In this document: positions 17,933 through 26,271 of the stretch, piece by piece | Numbering within the stretch: the first letter of the stretch is position 1 | Layout: the number at the start of each line of letters is the position of its first letter | Source of the DNA: Gemmatimonadales bacterium | GTDB taxonomy: Bacteria; Gemmatimonadota; Gemmatimonadetes; Gemmatimonadales; GWC2-71-9 | Length of the DNA: 64,000 nucleotides | Direction: 5' to 3' | Assembly (NCBI GenBank): GCA_037189525.1 | Contig: JBBCJC010000003.1 | Span: 640,001 to 704,000 of the forward strand | Notes under the pieces: model-generated | What the model was told of the DNA's origin: nothing | The model's database searches: none | What the model saw: only the letters and a program-made list of their open reading frames with translations | Made by a program: the position numbers and the translations under genes

Positions 17933-20726
17933 GCTCTGGACCGGCGCCGCCGTCCTGGCGCTCGGCTGCGCTTCGGCGCCTGTCGAAGCGCCCCGCCCGA
18001 CGATGGACCCCGGGCGCGTTCCTCCGCCGCGAGTCGAGGTCGCTCCGCCTCCGCCACCTGCGCAGCCTGTCCTGGCGCCGGAAGAGGCGGCTCGGCGCGG
18101 GTTGATGCCGCTGGCCTCCACCAACGCCTGGGCGTATCGGCAGAGTCACCCGAGTTATGACGGGCGCGGCGTCCTGATTGGCATCCTGGACAGCGGCGTC
18201 GACGCCGCGGTGCCCGGCCTGCTGACGACATCGACCGGCGACCGGAAAATTCTCGATCTGCGCGACTTTTCCGCGGAGGGCAGGGTGGCGCTGACGGCGC
18301 CGTCGATCCGAGGCGATACCATCCTCGTCGGCAGTGTCCGCTTGCTGGGCATGCAACGGGTCGCCGGGATGGTGGCGCCGGCAACCGTGCTGGCCGGCGT
18401 ACTCCGCGAGCGGTCCCTGGGCGATCTGCCCGCCGGCGATCTCAACGCCAACGGCAACAACGGTGATACCCTGGCCGTGGTGGTCGGCAAGGCGCCCGAC
18501 GGCTGGGTGCTTTTTGCCGACACGGACGGAGACGGCTCGCTGGCGAATGAACGCCCCGTGCGAGACTTCCTGGCCGCGCGTGAAACGTTCGGCTGGACTA
18601 CCGGCGGTCGAGCCAGCCCGCTGGCGGTCGCCGTGAATTTCTCTGGGACCGATACGGCGCCGATTCTGGATCTTTTCTTCGACACCAGCGGGCACGGCAC
18701 CCACGTCGCGGGGATCGCGGCGGGCCATACCCTGTACGGCGTCGAGGGGTTCGATGGCGTTGCGCCAGGTGCGCAACTGCTCGGTCTCAAGATTGCGAAC
18801 AACGCGCACGGCGGCATTTCCGTAACCGGAGCGATGGTTCGGGCCATCGACTATGCCATCCGGTTTGCCCGCGAACGGCGTCTCCCCCTGGTGCTCAACA
18901 TGAGTTTCGGTGTGGGCAACGAGCGGGAGGGTGCTGCTCGCATCGACGCAATTGTCGATTCCGTCCTGGCGGCCAACCCGGAAGTGCTCTTCGCCACCAG
19001 CGCAGGTAACGATGGTCCCGGACTCTCCACCATGGGGTTCCCGGGGTCTGCCGATCGGGCTCTGTCCGTCGGTGCCACTATTCCGCCAGCCTTTACCGGC
19101 GCGGCGACGGGAGACGTGGTGGCGTTTTTCAGCTCGCGAGGTGGCGAGGTTGCCAAGCCCGACATCCTCGCGCCGGGTATCGCGTTTTCCACCGTTCCGC
19201 GCTGGGACACCGGTTCGGAAGACAAGAGCGGCACCAGTATGGCGTCGCCGCACGTTGCCGGCGCACTGGCACTGCTGCTGTCCGGGGTGGTCCAGGAACA
19301 GCGCACCTGGACCGCTGCGCAGATCAAGCAGGCCGTCCGCGCCACCGGGCGGCCGATGGCGGGTGCCACGCGGCCGGACCAGGGGGCGGGGCTGCTCGAC
19401 GTCGTGGCGGCAGATCAGGTGCTGCGCAAGCTTCCCGCCATGGCTGCGGTGCGCACCGTGGTGGGCGGCATTCCCGGCGGAGGGGTGTTGCGATTCGTCG
19501 AGCCCGGCCGGACGCGGGATACCACCATCGGGGTCGAGATTCGCGGGACGCTCGGTGGACGGGTTCGACTCGTGAGTGATGCGGCCTGGCTGGTGGCGCC
19601 GCCGACGGTCCAGCTGACACCGCCAACGACGCGCTTCGATGTCGCCGTGCGCACCTCGTCGATTCGCGGTGCCGGCGTGATGAACGGCGTCATCACGGGG
19701 TGGGCGACGGATTCGACCATTGGCCCGCTCTTCACCGTGCCGGCCACGCTCGCTTCACCGTTCGTGATTCCGGATACCGGGCTCTTGGTCCGCACTTCGG
19801 TGGCCGCCGGCGCAGCGCAGCGGATCATGGTGCCCGCCGATTCCGGTCGCCCGTTCCGGGTGGATGTCACCACGGCCGCGGCGGGACAGGAAGTGCTGGC
19901 ATTCCTGCACGAGCCGGGCGGGCAGCCGTTTCGGACCGACAATGGACGCCGCGGCGGACCGAGCCCGCAGGCCGCCAGCTACGAACTGGATGGGCGCGAG
20001 GTGGCGACCGGCATTTATGAAGTGATTGCCGTTGCACCTCCCGCCGCAGGGGCTACCGTCGAGATGCGGGTGGTGCGGGCGCCGCTGGCGCTCGGCGCTG
20101 TCCGCCTCCGCGGCGATAGCATCGCGGCCAGCTTGACCAATCCGACCGCGGCCACGGTAACCGGCACGGCCATGTTTGGTCTGGTAGGTGCGGAGCGTGG
20201 GGTGGTCTTCAGCCAGCGCGGGTCGGCCGTCCGCCGCATTCCGGTTCGGATCCCGAGTTGGGCGCGGCGCATGGTGGTGCAGATGCGGATGCCCCGGGAA
20301 CAGTGGCCCGCCTTTACCGATCTCGGTCTCAGTGTGGTCGACCGGGACGGTAGCATCCTGGGCCACGACCCCATGAACTATGCGTTGGGACAGGTCAGCA
20401 TCGAGTTGGACGGCACCGCCGGCGATCGTGATGTCGAGGTCGTGTTGTTGCCCGGTCTGGCGGACCCGGTAGCCGAACCTACCTGGAACGCGGCGATCTC
20501 GATTCGGTTCTATGCCGAGTCGCCCGTGCTGGTCGAGATTCCGGCCGGAGCGGAATTCGGAGTCGAACCCGGTGCCACGAGCTCGATCCGCTTCCCGCTC
20601 GGCACGATTCCGTGGCCGTTGGGCGACGGTTTCTTCCCGCTGGCGCAGCTGGTCGTCGATGTCCGCGGCGAGTTGTGGGGCAACGAGGTGCGTCTGCCCG
20701 TGCCGACCGGGCCGATCATGCCATGA
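17919..20726 (+). CDS. S8 subtilase, tripeptidyl-peptidase II-like, predicted lipoprotein
   Basis: Lipobox-like LALG|C. Triad motifs ILDSG, GHGTHVAGI and SGTSMASPHVAG; SAGNDGP. Long C-terminal beta-rich extension. Confidence 0.9.
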   Translation: MRVSRLWTGAAVLALGCASAPVEAPRPTMDPGRVPPPRVEVAPPPPPAQPVLAPEEAARRGLMPLASTNAWAYRQSHPSYDGRGVLIGILDSGVDAAVPGLLTTSTGDRKILDLRDFSAEGRVALTAPSIRGDTILVGSVRLLGMQRVAGMVAPATVLAGVLRERSLGDLPAGDLNANGNNGDTLAVVVGKAPDGWVLFADTDGDGSLANERPVRDFLAARETFGWTTGGRASPLAVAVNFSGTDTAPILDLFFDTSGHGTHVAGIAAGHTLYGVEGFDGVAPGAQLLGLKIANNAHGGISVTGAMVRAIDYAIRFARERRLPLVLNMSFGVGNEREGAARIDAIVDSVLAANPEVLFATSAGNDGPGLSTMGFPGSADRALSVGATIPPAFTGAATGDVVAFFSSRGGEVAKPDILAPGIAFSTVPRWDTGSEDKSGTSMASPHVAGALALLLSGVVQEQRTWTAAQIKQAVRATGRPMAGATRPDQGAGLLDVVAADQVLRKLPAMAAVRTVVGGIPGGGVLRFVEPGRTRDTTIGVEIRGTLGGRVRLVSDAAWLVAPPTVQLTPPTTRFDVAVRTSSIRGAGVMNGVITGWATDSTIGPLFTVPATLASPFVIPDTGLLVRTSVAAGAAQRIMVPADSGRPFRVDVTTAAAGQEVLAFLHEPGGQPFRTDNGRRGGPSPQAASYELDGREVATGIYEVIAVAPPAAGATVEMRVVRAPLALGAVRLRGDSIAASLTNPTAATVTGTAMFGLVGAERGVVFSQRGSAVRRIPVRIPSWARRMVVQMRMPREQWPAFTDLGLSVVDRDGSILGHDPMNYALGQVSIELDGTAGDRDVEVVLLPGLADPVAEPTWNAAISIRFYAESPVLVEIPAGAEFGVEPGATSSIRFPLGTIPWPLGDGFFPLAQLVVDVRGELWGNEVRLPVPTGPIMP

Positions 20727-20893
20727 CGATTCAGAAGTTCCGGATCGGTCTCGCGCTGGCCGGCTTTGCGCTGGCGGCGCTGGGGGTCGCGCTGGGCAAT
20801 CGCATCATTATCTGGATCGCGATGGCGGTACTGATCGTTTCCCTCCTGATCCGCATCTACCTGAGGGGTGAACCGCCGAATCGGCGCCCATGA
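20723..20893 (+). CDS. Small two-TM membrane protein (56 aa)
   Basis: ATG overlaps the peptidase stop (ATGA). Two hydrophobic segments. Confidence 0.65.
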   Translation: MTIQKFRIGLALAGFALAALGVALGNRIIIWIAMAVLIVSLLIRIYLRGEPPNRRP

Positions 20894-20957
20894 ACCGGCG
20901 CTCCGCTGGCTGACGCTGCATCGGTGGAGCGCCCGGACGCGTAGGCGGCGCCTGTTC

Positions 20958-21221
20958 TCATATAGCGATCGGCTGCTCGTTCACCCATGGTTTCGGCAGC
21001 GACAATGCCCCACTCACTCGATCATAGAACGTACGTTTGTCGATGATGCGATCGGTATCGCATGACGACGGATGCACCGACTGCATACACCTTCCGCGTT
21101 CTATCTCGAACCATGCTTCGTGATTCCAGACCTCGAAACCCAGCTCCGATCCGACCTGTAGGGGGATGAACCTCCATCCGAGCTTGAACCGTCTCTAGCT
21201 GCGGACAGCCTCCTGAGCCAT
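20958..21221 (-). pseudogene. Possible decayed gene remnant (88-codon frame with internal TAG at codon 9)
   Basis: MAQEAVRS*RRFKLGWRF...RIIDKRTFYDRVSG...; lies in a lower-GC intergenic stretch. Confidence 0.25.
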
Positions 21222-21298
21222 CAGGTCGATTGTCACGGAACGTGATTTGTGACGGGGCTTCGTGTGACTATCTCGCGGTACCCAGAGTCGTAACACAT

Positions 21299-22165
21299 GT
21301 GAAGGCTCGACCAATCATATGCGAGGCCTGCGGAGCGCCAGTACGTACCGTTCTGCTTGGCACCGAGCGTCTCGAGCGGTGTCCGAGCTGCTCGCATCTG
21401 CAGCGCCCTGAGCCGGCGGCGGCCGCGTCGATCCGGACTCATGCCTGGGGCGGCGATGCCGGGCTCGACGTCGTGCGTCTCGCGCTCTGCTGGTTCCGGA
21501 TGCGGGCGGGGCTCGCGTTGCCGGAGCGGGCCCGCGTGCTCGAAATCGGCTTCGGTGCCGGCGCCCTGCTCGCGCGGTTCCGGCGTGCCGGGTACGAGGT
21601 CGCCGGGATCGAGCCCGGCTGGCTGGGTTGTGAGCTCCATCCCGAGCTCACCGGCATAACCGAGCTGCGCTCGGGACGCGCTGAAGACCTCCTCGACGCC
21701 GCCGCCGCGTTCGATGCGATCTATGGCATCCACGTCATCGAGCACGTCGCCATGCCCGCCGAAGTGTTCCGCCGGTCACTACGTGCCTTGCGGCCTGGTG
21801 GACGGCTCTATTTGCTGACACCCGATGCGGAATCGCAGAGCCTCGCGTGGGCGGGGTGTCACTGGTGGAACCTCGAGGACCCGACGCACATCCGTTTCTT
21901 CTCGGCCAGCTCGATCACGCGCATGCTCGAAGCGGCCGGTTTCCGTGACGTCCGGGTACGCCGTCCTTGGCTCGACAGCGTGATCGTCGAGCCTGCAAGC
22001 CTGGCGCGCGCCATCCTGGCCCGACACCGCACCACCCATGGCATTCTTGGCCACCCGGTGGGCCGCTTGCTCACGGCCTCGTTCCTGCCGGCCACCGTGC
22101 TGGCCCGGCTCGTCCTTCCGCGTTTGCGCCCGACCCTCGAGGTCGTGGCCGAGCGTCCTCGCTGA
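21299..22165 (+). CDS. Class I SAM-dependent methyltransferase with N-terminal Zn ribbon
   Basis: CEACG...CPSC, VLEIGFGAG, HVIEHV, PTHIRFFS. Start uncertain. Confidence 0.85.
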   Translation: MKARPIICEACGAPVRTVLLGTERLERCPSCSHLQRPEPAAAASIRTHAWGGDAGLDVVRLALCWFRMRAGLALPERARVLEIGFGAGALLARFRRAGYEVAGIEPGWLGCELHPELTGITELRSGRAEDLLDAAAAFDAIYGIHVIEHVAMPAEVFRRSLRALRPGGRLYLLTPDAESQSLAWAGCHWWNLEDPTHIRFFSASSITRMLEAAGFRDVRVRRPWLDSVIVEPASLARAILARHRTTHGILGHPVGRLLTASFLPATVLARLVLPRLRPTLEVVAERPR

Positions 22166-22272
22166 AGGCCGATGAACATCCCTCGTGCCGCTCCCGAGCT
22201 GGCTCTCGGGAGGCGGCGGTCGACCGGACCTTATTGCGTTCGTTGGGTTACCGCGGACACGTCCGGACGTTC

Positions 22273-22278
22273 TATGCT
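22273..22278 (+). promoter_or_regulatory. Putative -10 (TATGCT) 6 nt upstream of the recQ-like ATG (leaderless)
   Basis: TATGCT-gttgtc-ATG; no SD. Confidence 0.5.
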
Positions 22279-22284
22279 GTTGTC

Positions 22285-23667
22285 ATGTCCGCGTCGACAC
22301 TCCATGAAGTGCGCCCAACCCTCGATGCCGCTCGTGCCGTGCTGGAACGGCACTTCGGGTACTCGCAGTTCCGGGCGCCGCAAGAACGGGTCATCCGCTC
22401 GGTGCTCTCCGGTGCCGACACCCTCGGCATCCTGCCGACTGGGGCGGGGAAGTCCGTCTGCTTCCAGGTCCCGGCCATGGTGCTGGGCGGCGTTACCTTG
22501 GTGATCTCGCCCCTGCTCGCGCTGATGCAGGACCAGGTCGACGCCGCGCGGCAGCGTGGGTTACCGGCCCGGTCGCTCAACAGCCTGCAGACGAAGAGTG
22601 AACAGGATGCAACGCGGCGCGAGCTCGCGAACGGGAGCTTGCGCCTCCTCTACGTGGCCCCCGAGCGCGGCAAACGGCTTTTGGAAGAGCTGGCGCAAGC
22701 CGGGCAACATGTTTCGCTCCTCGCCGTCGATGAAGCCCATTGCATCGCCGAGTGGGGGCCCGACTTCCGACCCGCATATCTCGGTCTTGGTAAGCTGCGC
22801 ATCGCACTTGGCAGTCCCCAAGTCGTAGCGCTCACGGGAAGCGCCACGCCCGAGGTCCGTGTCACGATCAGCCGGCTCCTCGGCCTGGGCAGCCGACACG
22901 GTGGCGCCTACGACCGCCACGTGGCTTCGTTCGATCGCCGCAATCTCTGGTTCGGGGTCATGCCGGTGGGCGATCAGCGCGACCGTCTCCGCAGGCTGCT
23001 CGAGCTCATCGCCGGGGCGGGAGGGTCCGCCATCGTCTACGGTCCCACGCGGAATACGGTCGAAGCGCTCGCCCGCGTGCTGCGTGAGCGCGGCTGGCGG
23101 GCGCGAGCCTATCACGCCGGCCTCACCAAGGAACGTCGGGCCGAGGTGCTCGATGCTTTTCTAACGGATACCGTGGACGTCGTTGCTGCGACCTGCGCCT
23201 TCGGGATGGGCATCGATAAGCCCACAGTTCGGCTCGTGGTGCACTGGACCATGCCGCCTACACCGGAGTCGTACTATCAGGAGGCGGGCCGGGCCGGACG
23301 CGACGGCAATCCCGCTCGCTGCATCCTCCTTCACGGCCGGGGTGATGCCGAGCTGCCGACTCGCGCGCTCGAGGTGACCTTTCCGCCGCGCAAGCTGATC
23401 GAGGCAGCCAGTACCCACCCCGCCCGCCTCGCCCGGCTGCCGCGCAACGTCGCGGCATCGATCGAGCGCCTCCAGCGCGAGCTGGCCGGCCGGGACCTCG
23501 CAACCCAGTGGCGCCGTATCGACGGCCGGCGCCGGGCCGCGCTTGCCCGGATCGCAGCCGTCGAAGCCTACGCCCGCCAGCAGCGATGCCGCCGGGCGGC
23601 GCTGCTCGATTATTTCGGTGAGCGGCTCGTCCGTTGCTCCGGATGTGACGTCTGCGCTACCCGATGA
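22285..23667 (+). CDS. recQ: RecQ family ATP-dependent DNA helicase, short form (no winged-helix/HRDC)
   Basis: PTGAGKS, VDEAHCIAEWGPDFRP, AFGMGIDK, YYQEAGRAGRDG, CRR...CSGCDVC Zn knuckle at the C-terminus. Confidence 0.9.
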   Translation: MSASTLHEVRPTLDAARAVLERHFGYSQFRAPQERVIRSVLSGADTLGILPTGAGKSVCFQVPAMVLGGVTLVISPLLALMQDQVDAARQRGLPARSLNSLQTKSEQDATRRELANGSLRLLYVAPERGKRLLEELAQAGQHVSLLAVDEAHCIAEWGPDFRPAYLGLGKLRIALGSPQVVALTGSATPEVRVTISRLLGLGSRHGGAYDRHVASFDRRNLWFGVMPVGDQRDRLRRLLELIAGAGGSAIVYGPTRNTVEALARVLRERGWRARAYHAGLTKERRAEVLDAFLTDTVDVVAATCAFGMGIDKPTVRLVVHWTMPPTPESYYQEAGRAGRDGNPARCILLHGRGDAELPTRALEVTFPPRKLIEAASTHPARLARLPRNVAASIERLQRELAGRDLATQWRRIDGRRRAALARIAAVEAYARQQRCRRAALLDYFGERLVRCSGCDVCATR

Positions 23668-23694
23668 TAGCGTGCCACCGGATCCGGTCGGTCT

Positions 23695-23911
23695 TCAGCT
23701 CGTCGTCGCGAGCAGTCGCTTCGCCAGCCAGTCGGCCGGCAGCCCGAGTGTCTCTTTCTCGACGGCGAACGACGGTAGCTGCGTATGTGGGCCCGGGAAA
23801 CCGTCCCGATCGTACACGAAGAGACGGCTCAGGTTGTCGTTCTTGATCCCGTTTGAAGCTGGAAGGTGAGGATCGACCGCGGTCGTCCATGCGCAGCACG
23901 GCGGTGCCGCG
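23695..23911 (-). pseudogene. Alpha/beta-hydrolase remnant (internal deletion and frameshift)
   Basis: RGTAVLRMDDRG in one frame, then NLSRLFVYDRDGFPGPHTQLPSFAVEKETLGLPADWLAKRLL in another. Confidence 0.6.
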
Positions 23912-23917
23912 CCAGCG

Positions 23918-24400
23918 TCACGGCTCCACCCGCCGGGCGAACGTGGTGTCGGGCGGCCCGGCGACCCCGAACTGTATCGGGACGCCGGTGCGCGGCACGA
24001 TCTCGACCCGCGCCGCCTGCACCACGTCGGTCATCCGGAGCGCAGGCCCCCTCGCATCGGATGCGTTGAGGGTAGCGACCGGCTCGCCACGGCCGTTTAC
24101 TAGGAGCAGTCCCGGGACACCGCCGGGTGCGATCCCCACGTCGAGCCGCATCTGCCCGGTCGAGTCGTACATCGTGAGCGCCACGCCGTCGTTGGTCAGG
24201 CCGAACATTCCGCGGGTGCGGCCCTGCTCATCCTTGGCAATCCAGAGCCGGCCCTCGACGATCGGATCGGTCCGGCGGAGCAGGGTATAGCCGAGTGCCA
24301 CGGCGGCTGTGACGAACGAGAGCAGCGTAATGATGCGGAGCCGGACGAGCCGCTGCTCCATTGCCCTGAGACGGGCGTCCAATGCTTCGGAATCGGCCAC
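23918..24400 (-). CDS. Hypothetical protein: coiled coil, single TM, beta-repeat C-terminus
   Basis: Clean ORF with coding-like codon usage; repeated D..G..R turns. Confidence 0.7.
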   Translation of the reverse strand: MADSEALDARLRAMEQRLVRLRIITLLSFVTAAVALGYTLLRRTDPIVEGRLWIAKDEQGRTRGMFGLTNDGVALTMYDSTGQMRLDVGIAPGGVPGLLLVNGRGEPVATLNASDARGPALRMTDVVQAARVEIVPRTGVPIQFGVAGPPDTTFARRVEP

Positions 24401-24566
24401 GACAGCGCTCCGGGTACGGGTTTCCCGAAGCTAACGAGCCCCTGGAGCAAATCCGAGTCTGCCGGCGCTCCAGGTCACCGACGTAGCTATATTTAATCCG
24501 CGCCTCATTTGGCCATTTGGCCAAGAGATGGCAGGCACTGCTTCCGACCCTCATTCGCCCGGACCC

Positions 24567-25787
24567 ATGGACGACTCTCTCTACTTCTCCGAACAGCACC
24601 AGCAGGTTCGCGAAATGGTGCGCGAATTTGCGCAGACGCACGTCGCGCCAGTGGCGCGGGAGCTCGACCGGACCTCGACCTTCCCCTGGGAAAACATCAA
24701 GCGGATGGGCGAACTCGGCATGCTCGGCGTACCGTGGTCGGACGAGCTGGGCGGGGCAGGGCTCGATCAGATTGCCTACTATATCACCATTCATGAAATG
24801 GCCAAGGTCGATGCCTCGCACGGCCTGACCATCAGCGCCCATACCAACCTCGGCACCTCGCCCATCGTCGAATTCGGGACCCAGGAGCAGCGTGAGCGCT
24901 ACGTCCCGCTGCTGGCCTCGGGCACGGTGTTGGGCGGCTTTGGTCTGACCGAGCCGGGTGCCGGAAGCGATGCCGGCGGCACCGCCACCACGGCGGAAGA
25001 CAAGGGCGACCACTTCCTCTTGAACGGTGCCAAGATCTTCATCACCCACGCCGGCGTCGGTGAAATCTTCTCCGTCACGGCGCGGACCGATCCGGGGCAG
25101 GGCCATCGCGGTATCACCAGCTTCATCGTCACCAAGGACACCGTCGATCTCGAGCAGTGTCGCGCGCTCGGCGTGGGACATGCGCCGGATTTGCCGAAGA
25201 TCGAAGGCGTCCGGGCCGGTAAGAAGGAAGACAAGATGGGATGGCGCGCGAGCGACACGCGCGAGTTGCACTTCGACAACGCCGTGATCCCCAAAGAGAA
25301 TATGTTGGGCGAACGGGGCAACGGATTCGTCAACTTCCTGAAGACACTCGACGCAGGACGGATCGGTATCGCCGCGCTGTCACTCGGCATTGCCGAAGGC
25401 GCCTATCAGGCCGCGCTCGAATACGCCGGTACGCGCAAGCAGTTCGGACGCTACATCGGAAGCTTCCAGGGGATCAGCTTCAAGCTGGCCGATATGGCCA
25501 TGGAAATCGAAGCCGGCACCCATTTGCTCTATACCGCCGCACGCCTCAAGCAGGCCGGCAAGCCGTTCAAGAAGGAAGCGGCGATGGCCAAGCTGTTCTG
25601 CTCCGAACTGGCCATGCGCGCCACCACCGAGGCCGTGCAGATCTTCGGCGGGTACGGCTACACCACGGAGTACCCGGTCGAACGGATGATGCGGGACGCC
25701 AAGGTCTGCGAGATCGGCGAAGGTACCAGCGAGATCCAGCGCCTCGTGATTGCCCGTCACATTCTTGGAAAAGTCGTAGACGGCTGA
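24567..25787 (+). CDS. Acyl-CoA dehydrogenase (short/branched-chain type)
   Basis: FGLTEPGAGSD, GAKIFIT, RKQFG, AVQIFGGYGY, RDAKVCEIGEGTSEIQR. Start 24528 or 24567. Confidence 0.94.
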   Translation: MDDSLYFSEQHQQVREMVREFAQTHVAPVARELDRTSTFPWENIKRMGELGMLGVPWSDELGGAGLDQIAYYITIHEMAKVDASHGLTISAHTNLGTSPIVEFGTQEQRERYVPLLASGTVLGGFGLTEPGAGSDAGGTATTAEDKGDHFLLNGAKIFITHAGVGEIFSVTARTDPGQGHRGITSFIVTKDTVDLEQCRALGVGHAPDLPKIEGVRAGKKEDKMGWRASDTRELHFDNAVIPKENMLGERGNGFVNFLKTLDAGRIGIAALSLGIAEGAYQAALEYAGTRKQFGRYIGSFQGISFKLADMAMEIEAGTHLLYTAARLKQAGKPFKKEAAMAKLFCSELAMRATTEAVQIFGGYGYTTEYPVERMMRDAKVCEIGEGTSEIQRLVIARHILGKVVDG

Positions 25788-25818
25788 TCGCTTCAACCTG
25801 AAACGTCAGGCTATGAAA

Positions 25819-25860
25819 GACGCCCCCCGGCTCGCACGTAAACCGGGGGGCGTCATATAT
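25819..25860 (+). terminator. Intrinsic terminator-like hairpin after acyl-CoA dehydrogenase, adjoining a TATATT -10 for rne/rng
   Basis: Perfect 12-bp stem GACGCCCCCCGG/CCGGGGGGCGTC followed by an AT-rich tract. Confidence 0.65.
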
Positions 25861-25869
25861 TTAGCTTTA

Positions 25870-26271
25870 TGCGACGCGAGGCGGATCGTTATCTCACCTC
25901 CAGGCCCGGCCGGCTCTCGGCGGGGCTGATCGTCGCTCGCCTGTATCAATTGTTCCTGTGGTTCCTCCGGGTCCGAGTCGTCGATCGGGCCCGCGGCAGC
26001 TGGTCCCCGTTGCGTTTCGAGAACCCGACCGCTGGTCGGACCGAGGCTGAGCCGTCCGTGCTCGCTTGGGTCCGGCGGTGGAGTCGGCGTCTCGTCAACG
26101 GCTTGCTGCCCGGCTCGGCGCGGTCCCCTCGAGGGGACTTCCGCGCGACCGATCCCGGAAGACGTCTAAGCCCCCAAGCGGTTGCAGTCGGGGCATCCAC
26201 CCTTGCCATCGCGATCCCGTGGTCAGACCTGACGGATGACGGTCTTCCGCGGTTCGCAAAGGACCCTTCGC
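25870..26271 (+). ncRNA. Putative structured 5' leader RNA of rne/rng (~400 nt)
   Basis: About six consecutive predicted stem-loops fill the intergenic region (see findings). Confidence 0.5.

Noticed and set aside
23657..23899. 80-aa hypothetical protein
   Set aside because: Better explained as a frameshifted hydrolase remnant.
25869..26271. Protein-coding ORF(s) in the rne/rng upstream region
   Set aside because: Translations lack motifs and coding-like composition; extensive base pairing favours an RNA leader.
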